NCBI GenBank assembly: GCA_018829845.1
Contig: JAHJTO010000084.1
Coordinates: forward strand, 17,004-41,003
DNA length: 24,000 nt
Direction of reading: 5' to 3'
Source: Nanobdellota archaeon
Lineage (GTDB): Archaea; Nanobdellota; Nanobdellia; Pacearchaeales; JAHJTO01
Below the pieces are notes generated by a model. The model had not been told where the DNA came from. It searched no databases and was given only the letters and a program-made list of their open reading frames with translations. Below, one piece after another: positions 8,756 to 16,266 of the stretch (position 1 is its first letter; every line of letters begins with the position of its first letter). Made by a program: the position numbers and the translations under genes.

Positions 8756-8787
8756 TTGTTCCGCGGAGAAATCTAAGAACAGCTCAG
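8756..8787 (+). other. BHB intron B of tRNA-Phe (32 nt, between nt 27 and 28)
   Basis: GAGC-[AC|T]-TGTTC ... GAACA-GCTC-[AG|A]-CGG: 4-bp central helix GAGC/GCTC, 3-nt bulges, 5-bp inner helix TGTTC/GAACA. Confidence 0.85.
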
Positions 8788-8854
8788 ACGGCTGAAGACC
8801 GTGGGGTCGGGGGTTCAACTCCCTCCTGTCCCATTCCCTCCCCATCAGCATTTT

Positions 8855-9484
8855 TTATTTAGAATATTCTAATGCTCTGTTTAGTTTGTAAGGATTTGAA
8901 AATCCAATTTCCTCGATCCATTTTCTGATATTCTCTTTGCCATTTAGTGGAACTTTGTAAGTAGTCCTTTTGCTTAGTTTGGATTTATAAGACCAAATAT
9001 TCGCAACTCTGAAACCATTTTCTGAAAGCAGATTTTTAATTTGATCAGCTAATGCCTTGCTAGATGTTGTAATTTCTATAGAAGGATAATTGTTTGTTCC
9101 AGGTTTTTGTGCAACAAAAACTGAGCCGTCAGTATCGGCTATCCCCCTTATTGATTTTCTAGCCAAATTCCAATCGTCGGCAATTAGCTTAGGAATTATG
9201 ACTTTTTCACATTTTCCATCCCCATGAGGAATGCCTAATTCATCAATGAGAAAGTTGGCTAACTCTTTAGAATTTATGATTATTCTGAGACCCCTTTCCC
9301 TTAACGTAAGTTTTGATTCTTTATTCCATTCCGAAAGAATCAACTTTCTTAGACTCTCAAAATATTCCATATCGGTTTTTGGGCTTCCCACAAAACCTAT
9401 TTGATATTTGCCATTTTTACGATAGATATATCCATCACCTATCAAAGCACCGATTAATTCTGCCACCTCTTCAGTAATTTCCAT
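8855..9484 (-). CDS. LAGLIDADG homing endonuclease (two-motif), free-standing
   Basis: 209 aa with LIGALIGDGYIY and SIRGIADTDGSVF motifs. Upstream TATA-like TTTATAAAAG on the minus strand. Confidence 0.9.
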   Translation of the reverse strand: MEITEEVAELIGALIGDGYIYRKNGKYQIGFVGSPKTDMEYFESLRKLILSEWNKESKLTLRERGLRIIINSKELANFLIDELGIPHGDGKCEKVIIPKLIADDWNLARKSIRGIADTDGSVFVAQKPGTNNYPSIEITTSSKALADQIKNLLSENGFRVANIWSYKSKLSKRTTYKVPLNGKENIRKWIEEIGFSNPYKLNRALEYSK

Positions 9485-9578
9485 CCTGAATTAAATGATC
9501 TGGAAACTATAAATATTTCCATTAGAGCAACTTTTATAAATCAAAAATAGCTTAATATATTGTAAAAAAGAGTGTGAA

Positions 9579-10181
9579 ATGAGAAGTATTTTAAAAAGTA
9601 AAAATAAAAAAGGTGCGATTGAATTGAGCATGACAACTGTAGTTGTGATTGTTCTTTCAATGACTATGTTGGTTCTTGGACTTGTATTAGTAAGATCAAT
9701 TTTCACAGGGGCAACTGAACTTGTGGATATAACTAATGAGAAAACGAAGGCTCAAATAATCGATCTTTTTGCAGATGAAGAATCTTCTGATTTAATTGTA
9801 CTTCTTGGATCTGATAAAACCATCAAGGTGAAAGCAGATACTGATTTGGCATGGGCGGCCATAGCTGCAAGAACAATTGATGGAACTGCCTCTTCAAGAG
9901 ACAGACTTCAATACAAGCTCACTTTGGATCAGAACAGCGATTGCCTGCAAAGGAATGCCAAAGCTATTGTTGAGAGCTGGTTCTCTGGAATTGGAACATA
10001 CAGAAATTTTGACGGCTATGAGGGAGACACTTCAACTGCAACAGTCAAGTTCGGAATTCCAAAAGCAACTGCCCTATGTACTCAGACAGTAAACATAGAT
10101 GTCAAGGATGTAAAATTGAATCAGGATGTTGGTGGAAAATATTTCATAATCCAAGTCATAAGCAAGGGATTCCTTGGCTGA
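9579..10181 (+). CDS. Archaeal type IV pilin-like / class III signal peptide protein
   Basis: N-terminus KNKKGAIELSMTTVVVIVLSMTMLVLGLVLV: charged segment, G, then E at +5 and a hydrophobic helix. Confidence 0.6.
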   Translation: MRSILKSKNKKGAIELSMTTVVVIVLSMTMLVLGLVLVRSIFTGATELVDITNEKTKAQIIDLFADEESSDLIVLLGSDKTIKVKADTDLAWAAIAARTIDGTASSRDRLQYKLTLDQNSDCLQRNAKAIVESWFSGIGTYRNFDGYEGDTSTATVKFGIPKATALCTQTVNIDVKDVKLNQDVGGKYFIIQVISKGFLG

Positions 10182-10237
10182 TTTTTTGATTTTTGTCTTT
10201 TAGAAATCTTCTTAAATTCATTCTCTCTCCCATAAAT

Positions 10238-11767
10238 ATGACATTGAAACTTTATAACACCCTTACAAGAAAGAAAGAGAATTTCAAACCGCTCAAAAAA
10301 GGCCATGTTGGGATGTATGCATGCGGCCCAACAGTATACTGGTTCCAGCACATAGGGAATATGAGAAGCTTTGTGTATGATGATGTGATGAAAAGAGTTC
10401 TTACTTATAACGGATTTAAAGTAAAACATGTGATAAACATAACTGATGTGGGCCATCTTACTTCTGATGCTGATGAGGGGGAAGATAAAATGTTGAAGGC
10501 CCTAAAAAGAGAAGGTCTGCCCCTAAATAAAGAATCCATGCTTAAGATGGCGAAGAAATACACGGAAGCATTTCAAAATGATCTGAAAAAATTGAATGTC
10601 ATAGGTCCTGATATATGGTGTAAGGCTACAGAGCACATCAATGAGATGGAAGAGCTTATCAAAAGAATAAGGAAAAATGGCCATACCTATCTAACGAATG
10701 TGGGAATAATATTCGACACGTCAAAATCAAAGGATTACGGAGTATTGGCAGGATTGAAGTTTGGAGAGCTCAAAGCAGGAGCGAGAGTTGAAATAGATCC
10801 TGAAAGAAAGAACCCTTCAGATTTTGCACTTTGGATAACAAACCAGCCAAATCATATAATGCAATGGGATTTCATAGATGAGATAACAATGCCTGAAAGA
10901 GAATATGAGAAATTAAAAAAGATCTCTGAAAATAGCCCCAATGTCAAAATCTTAGAAGAAGTAAAAGGAAGCAAAAAATCTGATAAAAAAGTCAGGGTCA
11001 ATTTCAGAGGATTCCCTGGATGGCATATTGAATGCTCTGCCATGTCTATGAAATATCTTGGGGAGAATTTTGACATACATATAGGTGGGCAAGAGCATAT
11101 ACAGATACATCACACAAATGAGATAGCCCAGTCTGAGGCTGCAACAGGAAAAAAATTCGTGAATTACTGGCTGCATAACCAGTGGCTCCTCTTCAAAGGA
11201 GAGAAGATGGCAAAGAGCAAAGGAGAGCTTGCATTGCTTTCCGATCTCGAGAAAAAAGGGTATGATCCTATGGCTTTCAGATATTTCTGTTTGACGGCCA
11301 GTTACAGAACACAGTTGGACTTCACATACGAGAATCTTGATTCTGCAAAGAATGCCTATGAAAACTTGAAGAGAAAGATAATCGAGCTGAAGAAAGACAA
11401 AGAAAAGTTCCATGAAAACAATGTTGAAGAACAAAAGAGGAAATTTTTAGAAATAATAAATGATGATTTCAATATGCCTGGAGCAATTGCATTCCTTAAT
11501 GGGGTTTTGAAAGAGAAAGAATTGAAAGACTGTGAAAAATATCATCTTGCTTTGGATTTTGACAAAGTTCTTGGATTAAATCTCAAAGATTTGAAAGAAG
11601 AGAAAATTCCCATTAGTAAGGATATTCAGAAGCTCCTTGATGAAAGAGAAAAAGCAAGAGAAACAAAGAATTGGAAGAAATCAGATGAGATAAGGGATGA
11701 GATAAAGAAAAAAGGATTTAATGTTCTTGATAATCCGGATGGGCAGAAATTAGAAAAAAGAAAATGA
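10238..11767 (+). CDS. cysS: Cysteinyl-tRNA synthetase
   Basis: MYACGPTVYWFQHIGNMRSFVYDDV, PGWHIECSAM, IHIGGQEHIQIHHTNEIAQSEAATGK, KMAKSKG. Start moved from the 10193 TTG to ATG 10238 (MTLKLYNTLTRKKE). Confidence 0.97.
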   Translation: MTLKLYNTLTRKKENFKPLKKGHVGMYACGPTVYWFQHIGNMRSFVYDDVMKRVLTYNGFKVKHVINITDVGHLTSDADEGEDKMLKALKREGLPLNKESMLKMAKKYTEAFQNDLKKLNVIGPDIWCKATEHINEMEELIKRIRKNGHTYLTNVGIIFDTSKSKDYGVLAGLKFGELKAGARVEIDPERKNPSDFALWITNQPNHIMQWDFIDEITMPEREYEKLKKISENSPNVKILEEVKGSKKSDKKVRVNFRGFPGWHIECSAMSMKYLGENFDIHIGGQEHIQIHHTNEIAQSEAATGKKFVNYWLHNQWLLFKGEKMAKSKGELALLSDLEKKGYDPMAFRYFCLTASYRTQLDFTYENLDSAKNAYENLKRKIIELKKDKEKFHENNVEEQKRKFLEIINDDFNMPGAIAFLNGVLKEKELKDCEKYHLALDFDKVLGLNLKDLKEEKIPISKDIQKLLDEREKARETKNWKKSDEIRDEIKKKGFNVLDNPDGQKLEKRK

Positions 11768-12312
11768 AAGAAATTGATTATCAAAAATTCAGATGGTTCT
11801 ACACTTCTTCAGGAGCATTGGTCATTGGAGGGAAATCCTCTGAGCAAAATGAAGATGTAATAAAACGTGCTTCTAATAATTCTGTTGTCATGCATACTGA
11901 ACAGCCTGGAAGTCCTTTCTGTGTAATCATGGATGACAATCCAACTGAAAAGGATTTGAAAGAGATGGCAATATTCTGTGCTTGTTTGAGTAAGGCATGG
12001 AAAAACAAAAAGAAGAGTGTTGATGTGCATTCATTTTCAGGATCACAAGTTTACAAGACAAAGGGCATGAATACTGGAACTTTCGGAGTAGAAGGAAGAT
12101 TAAATCATTTTAGGGTTGATCTCAAGCTTTACTTGACTTTTCAGAATGAAAAGATTAGATGTGTTCCATTTAAGACAGACATTGCATTCATTGTTCCTGG
12201 AAAGAAAAAGAAAGAAGAGGTTGCAATGGAAATAGCAGAAAAGCTCAACATCAAAAAAGAGGAAGCTTTATCAGCCCTTCCTTCAGATAATATTAATATA
12301 GAATGGTTCTAA
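11764..12312 (+). CDS. NFACT-R (DUF814) domain protein
   Basis: KFRWFYTSSGALVIGGKSSEQNEDVIKRA ... HTEQPGSPFCVI: typical of the RqcH/NFACT C-terminal domain. Confidence 0.85.
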   Translation: MKEIDYQKFRWFYTSSGALVIGGKSSEQNEDVIKRASNNSVVMHTEQPGSPFCVIMDDNPTEKDLKEMAIFCACLSKAWKNKKKSVDVHSFSGSQVYKTKGMNTGTFGVEGRLNHFRVDLKLYLTFQNEKIRCVPFKTDIAFIVPGKKKKEEVAMEIAEKLNIKKEEALSALPSDNINIEWF

Positions 12313-12716
12313 AAATATATTTGACAAAAGGTCTTGTGAGATGTGGGGGAAAATATCTTCTTCTCAAAAAATTAAAGGATATGGTTCCAGAGAATAGTGG
12401 AAAATGGGAGTGCCCTGGTGGAAAGATAAAAGAAACAGAAGATCCAGAAAAAGCGCTGTTAAGAGAGATTAAAGAAGAAACTGGATTGGAATGTAAAATT
12501 GTCAAGGAACTTCCCCTTCTGCATATGGAAAATGAAAAATATGATAGCACCTGCCATGTTTATCTTGTGGAATCCCGCGTGACCAACGTCAAACTTTCAG
12601 ATGAACATTCTGAATATAGATGGGTTAGCCCAAAGGAAGTAAAGAATATGGACCTTGTGATGTTCGCAGGCCTTTTATTGGAATATTTTAATAAAGTAAG
12701 GGAGTATGAATTATAA
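12303..12716 (+). CDS. Nudix hydrolase
   Basis: Nudix box GGKIKETEDPEKALLREIKEETGLE. Confidence 0.93.
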   Translation: MVLKIYLTKGLVRCGGKYLLLKKLKDMVPENSGKWECPGGKIKETEDPEKALLREIKEETGLECKIVKELPLLHMENEKYDSTCHVYLVESRVTNVKLSDEHSEYRWVSPKEVKNMDLVMFAGLLLEYFNKVREYEL

Positions 12717-12779
12717 TGATAAAAAATCAAAGATTTTTGTCATGCCGAAAATTCGGTATGGAAAGGAGAATTTTCTAGC

Positions 12780-13073
12780 ATGGCCGCATTCGCAAGCTTT
12801 CAAATGGGGAAGTCTGGATTGACTGATCAATTCATGCAGGCTCTAAGGAATGCATTCAAGACCCATAGAATAGTCAAAGTATCATTTCTGAAGAGTTCAA
12901 CAAGGGATAAGGCAGAAATCAAGCAGATGGCTGAGGAAATGTGTAAGAAGCTTGAGGATAAAGAACAAAGATATGACTTCACAACAATCGGATTCAAGGC
13001 TACTTTGAGAAGATTCAGAAAGCGTGGAGAAACCAGGGTTTCTGGCGCTGCCAAAACTTCTATGAAGTTTTAA
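12780..13073 (+). CDS. YhbY/CRM-type RNA-binding protein
   Basis: MGKSGLTDQFMQALRNAFKTHRIVKVSFLKSSTRDKAEIKQMAEEM ... IGFKATLRRFRK resembles the archaeal CRM/YhbY domain. Confidence 0.7.
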   Translation: MAAFASFQMGKSGLTDQFMQALRNAFKTHRIVKVSFLKSSTRDKAEIKQMAEEMCKKLEDKEQRYDFTTIGFKATLRRFRKRGETRVSGAAKTSMKF

Positions 13074-13096
13074 GCAGAAAGGAAATGACCCAAACT

Positions 13097-13157
13097 AAAC
13101 TTTTGCGTTTTATATATAAAAATGGGTATGGCTTATCTAGGGATTTCGCAAAAGTTT
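13097..13157 (+). repeat. 11-bp perfect inverted repeat flanking a TATA element
   Basis: AAACTTTTGCG (13097-13107) and CGCAAAAGTTT (13147-13157) around TTTTATATATAAAAATG. Confidence 0.8.
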
Positions 13158-13167
13158 ATCCAAAGTA

Positions 13168-13178
13168 AGATTTATAAA
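13168..13178 (+). promoter_or_regulatory. TATA box for S19e-L39e-L31e operon
   Basis: AGATTTATAAA, about 140 nt upstream of the S19e start. Confidence 0.55.
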
Positions 13179-13314
13179 CCTCCTTTATTCACATAAATTA
13201 AGCTTGAGGGTTCCCTTGCAAGAGATGCTTTGCATCCACGCACCAGAACTTATCTATCACCGCAAGGTGAGGCTTATTGAAAACGCTTAGAAAACAAGAA
13301 ATTCAAACACAAAA

Positions 13315-13758
13315 ATGGCAGAATACTCAATAACACCATATGATATAGAATCTGGCAAGTTTAACTCTGTTTTAAAAGAAAAATTAAAACAGATTCCTGA
13401 ACTGCAAATGCCCGAATGGGCTAAATTTGTTAAGACTGGAGCAGGAAAAGTAAGGCCCCCAATGGAATTGGATTGGTGGCAATCAAGGGCCGCAAGCATC
13501 CTTCATCAACTTTATACTCAAGGATTAGTAGGTGTTTCAAAACTTAGAACAAGATATGGCGGAAAGATGGATAGGGGAGTAAAGCCATCAATATTCTTCA
13601 GAGCATCTGGAAAAATTATAAGAGTAATTCTTCAACAGGCAGAAAAGGCCGGACTTGTGGAAAAATTCAAAGATAAGAAGGCCGGAAGAAGACTCACAAA
13701 GAAAGGAAAGCTATTCTTGGATGAGGTTGCAGTTCAAGTTCACAAAGGAGCAAATTAG
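13315..13758 (+). CDS. rps19e: Ribosomal protein S19e (eS19)
   Basis: PEWAKFVKTGAGKVRPPMELDWWQSRAASILHQLYTQGLVGVSKLRTRYGG ... GRRLTKKGKLFLDEVA. Confidence 0.96.
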   Translation: MAEYSITPYDIESGKFNSVLKEKLKQIPELQMPEWAKFVKTGAGKVRPPMELDWWQSRAASILHQLYTQGLVGVSKLRTRYGGKMDRGVKPSIFFRASGKIIRVILQQAEKAGLVEKFKDKKAGRRLTKKGKLFLDEVAVQVHKGAN

Positions 13759-13759
13759 C

Positions 13760-13960
13760 ATGGCACGATATAAGTCATTATCAAAGAAGTTGAAGTTGGG
13801 AAAGCATGGAAGACACACAAAATGGGCTCCATTCTGGACAACCTTGAAGAGATACGGGAAAGGAAAGAGGATTCATCCTTCCAGAATAACTGCAGTCAAG
13901 AGAAGCTGGAAAAGAACCAAGTTGAAAGTGCTTCCAAGGAGAATAAAGAAATGGTATTAG
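13760..13960 (+). CDS. rpl39e: Ribosomal protein L39e (eL39)
   Basis: MARYKSLSKKLKLGKHGRHTKWAPFWTTLKRYGKGKRIHPSRITAVKRSWKRTKLKV. Start moved from 13655 to 13760. Confidence 0.9.
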   Translation: MARYKSLSKKLKLGKHGRHTKWAPFWTTLKRYGKGKRIHPSRITAVKRSWKRTKLKVLPRRIKKWY

Positions 13961-14553
13961 AAAGACAGTATGTAATTCCCTTGAGAAAAGAATGGCTTAA
14001 GGTCCCTAAATACAAAAGAGCAAAGAAGGGAATCAAGGCAGTCAAGGAATTCATAGCAAAGCACATGAAGACAGACATGAATAATGTCAAGCTTAGCAGA
14101 TGGGTCAATGAGAATGTTTGGGGAAGAGGAATAAAGAGCCCTCCTGGAAAAATTAAGATCAAGGCAGTCAAAGATGACAAAAACATAGTTCATGTTGAAC
14201 TTTTCGAACTTTCTGAAAAGGCAAAGAAATTTGAAGAAAAGGAAAGCAAAAGAAAAACAGTCATAACTGACAAGAAAAAAGCAGAAGAAACAAAGAGAAA
14301 GGAAGCTGAAGAGAAAGCAAAGGCAGAAACTGAAAAACAGGTTCAAGAGGCCACAAAGAATTTAGATGAAAAGATAAGGGAAGAGAAGGCCAAGGATGCT
14401 GAAGTTAGTGCAGAGAAATACAAGAAAGAAGAAAAAATGTTAGAACATGAATCACATGCTCACAAAGAACATTCACACGCTGAACCCAGGAAAGACCATC
14501 CTCACAATAAAGCACAATCTAAACATCCAGTAAGGCAGACGCTTGAGAAATAG
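13951..14553 (+). CDS. rpl31e: Ribosomal protein L31e (eL31) with long charged, His-rich C-terminal extension
   Basis: MVLERQYVIPLRKEWLKVPKYKRAKKGIKAVKEFIAKHMKTDMNNVKLSRWVNENVWGRG. Start set at 13951 because 13822-13950 is the L39e gene in another frame; AGGAG sits just upstream. Confidence 0.88.
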   Translation: MVLERQYVIPLRKEWLKVPKYKRAKKGIKAVKEFIAKHMKTDMNNVKLSRWVNENVWGRGIKSPPGKIKIKAVKDDKNIVHVELFELSEKAKKFEEKESKRKTVITDKKKAEETKRKEAEEKAKAETEKQVQEATKNLDEKIREEKAKDAEVSAEKYKKEEKMLEHESHAHKEHSHAEPRKDHPHNKAQSKHPVRQTLEK

Positions 14554-14557
14554 ATTT

Positions 14558-15334
14558 CTAAAGTTTATTAATTTCTCTTCGGCGTTTATTAACAAACTTC
14601 CAGGACTTTCTCAAAAAATCCGAAAAGTCTTTTCTATTGTCATAGAAATCTTGAAGATATGATAAAAGTGGCTTGCCATCTATTTTTGCTTCTTCATATA
14701 TTTTGTATGAACCAAATTGGTATTTGAACGCCTTTTGGACTCTTTGGTCATTTAGGATTATTTTGGGCACCATCTCGCTTAGTTTCCACACCAAATGGGG
14801 ATAGTCAAATTCTTTTTCATTTGCCCCTGGGAAGACTTCTTTCCATTTTTCAAAATAAATAAAATGATGTATTTCATGGATCGAAGTTCCGATCATCTCA
14901 TGGGTACCTTTCTTATAAAAAATATCAAAATTTCTTTTGTGTATGTCCCTTGGACAGATAGGATTCAAAGAAACTCGGGCAACAAACTTCTTGTCCGTTT
15001 TAGACCATTTAATCTCTAAAACATCCGATAATGCATTCATAATGGAATCATTGACCCGATTCCATTTCTTCTGAAAAAGTTTGCTCCTATTCTCAAATCC
15101 ATTTTTATCATTTTCGATTATGTTTTTAAAAAAACTGTATTCCATATCTTTTCTAATTCTCCGGTCTTTAACATTTTGAAGTTTATTTTTAATCCAGGGA
15201 TATTCTTTGTAAATTCTATCGCTCCAATCCCAGATCCAGTTACTTTGTTCTGGATTCAAGAATTTGTGTATTGCTGGAAAGATTTCATTCAGTTTTGCCA
15301 CCTTGAATTCTACCCTTGGGATGTTTTTGTTCAT
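14558..15334 (-). CDS. Putative HExxH zinc metallopeptidase-like protein
   Basis: EMIGTSIHEIHHFIYFEKW ... HLVWKLSEMV: HEIHH with downstream Glu. Confidence 0.55.
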   Translation of the reverse strand: MNKNIPRVEFKVAKLNEIFPAIHKFLNPEQSNWIWDWSDRIYKEYPWIKNKLQNVKDRRIRKDMEYSFFKNIIENDKNGFENRSKLFQKKWNRVNDSIMNALSDVLEIKWSKTDKKFVARVSLNPICPRDIHKRNFDIFYKKGTHEMIGTSIHEIHHFIYFEKWKEVFPGANEKEFDYPHLVWKLSEMVPKIILNDQRVQKAFKYQFGSYKIYEEAKIDGKPLLSYLQDFYDNRKDFSDFLRKSWKFVNKRRREINKL

Positions 15335-15384
15335 TAAATTATCAATAAGAAAAGGCTTATTAATCTTCTTTTTCTCGAAGAATT

Positions 15385-16224
15385 ATGGACATCAAAAATT
15401 TGCTGAATGGCTGTTTCATAAATATAGACAAGCCAGAGGAGCCAACATCCCATAGTGTGGATGAATGGGTTATGAAGATTCTTCATGTTGACAAGGCGGG
15501 ACATTTTGGAACTTTGGATCCAATGGTTACAGGAGTTCTGCCCATCGCTGTTGGGAAAGCCACAAAGCTTCTTCAGTACTTGGTTTCTGGGAAGGAGTAT
15601 GTTGGAACAATGCATTTTCATGAAGAGGTGGATTTGAAAACTGTTGAAAAGGCAATACAAGAAAAGTTTTTAGGAACAATAACTCAATTACCCCCAGTAA
15701 AATCAAGAGTTAAGAGACAAGAAAGGGAAAGAGAGATTTACGAATTCAAAATTTTAGAACATGAAGGTAGGGACTTTTTATTTTATGTGAAATGTGAAGC
15801 GGGAACTTACATAAGAAAGCTTTGCCATAATTTGGGTGAGCATTTGAAAATTGGAGCACATATGACTGAATTGAGAAGGACAAGGGCAGGATTGTTTGAG
15901 GAGAAAGATTCCATAACTCTCAACGATTTATCTGAGGCGTACGAATATGATATGAAATCAAAAATCCCTTCAAAACTTTTGAAATGTTTAATTCCTATGG
16001 AGAAAGTAATCAAACAAAATATAAAATATGTTGAAGTAAAGAAAGAGGCATTGGGCAAATTGAAGAATGGGAGCCCAATATTTTTAGAACAGCTAAGGAA
16101 AAAACCTGAAGATTTTGAGTTGGGTGAAAAAGTTGCAGTATTCTGCAATGACCAATTGATCGAAATAGCAAAAGTAGTTTATGATGGAAGTATTTTTGCA
16201 AAACCCGAAACTGTTCTTATTTAA
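15385..16224 (+). CDS. cbf5: tRNA/rRNA pseudouridine synthase Cbf5/TruB family
   Basis: INIDKPEEPTSHSVDEWV ... KAGHFGTLDPMVTGVLPIAVGKATKL ... CEAGTYIRKLCHNLG, PUA-like C-terminus. Confidence 0.93.
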   Translation: MDIKNLLNGCFINIDKPEEPTSHSVDEWVMKILHVDKAGHFGTLDPMVTGVLPIAVGKATKLLQYLVSGKEYVGTMHFHEEVDLKTVEKAIQEKFLGTITQLPPVKSRVKRQEREREIYEFKILEHEGRDFLFYVKCEAGTYIRKLCHNLGEHLKIGAHMTELRRTRAGLFEEKDSITLNDLSEAYEYDMKSKIPSKLLKCLIPMEKVIKQNIKYVEVKKEALGKLKNGSPIFLEQLRKKPEDFELGEKVAVFCNDQLIEIAKVVYDGSIFAKPETVLI

Positions 16225-16266
16225 TGGTTTAATTAACTTTTTTAACTAGCCCATCTTTGATAATCT

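Larger units (their letters stand above)
8694..8833 (+). tRNA. tRNA-Phe (GAA) with two non-canonical introns
   Basis: Exons 8694-8697, 8733-8755 and 8788-8833 join to 73 nt: GGGACGG TA GCTC AGCTGGGA GAGC A CACGG CTGAAGA CCGTG GGGTC GGGGG TTCAACT CCCTC CTGTCCC A. All canonical stems close. Both junctions show BHB motifs. Confidence 0.9.

Noticed and set aside
8731-8833. Interpretation of the tRNA-Phe locus as a pseudogene, class II tRNA or chimeric split-tRNA halves
   Set aside because: Removing two BHB-bounded segments yields a perfect 73-nt tRNA. The class II fold leaves the acceptor unpaired and needs a C27-C43 mismatch.
10852-11434. Antisense ORFs opposite cysS, truB, lysS, cyclase and methyltransferase genes
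   Set aside because: They are shadow ORFs opposite strongly supported conserved genes, with no motifs of their own.
13655-13759. N-terminal extension of L39e given in the ORF track
   Set aside because: It overlaps the S19e coding sequence; the conserved protein begins at 13760.
13822-13950. N-terminal extension of L31e given in the ORF track
   Set aside because: This stretch is the L39e gene in another frame; the L31e start at 13951 has a Shine-Dalgarno-like AGGAG upstream.
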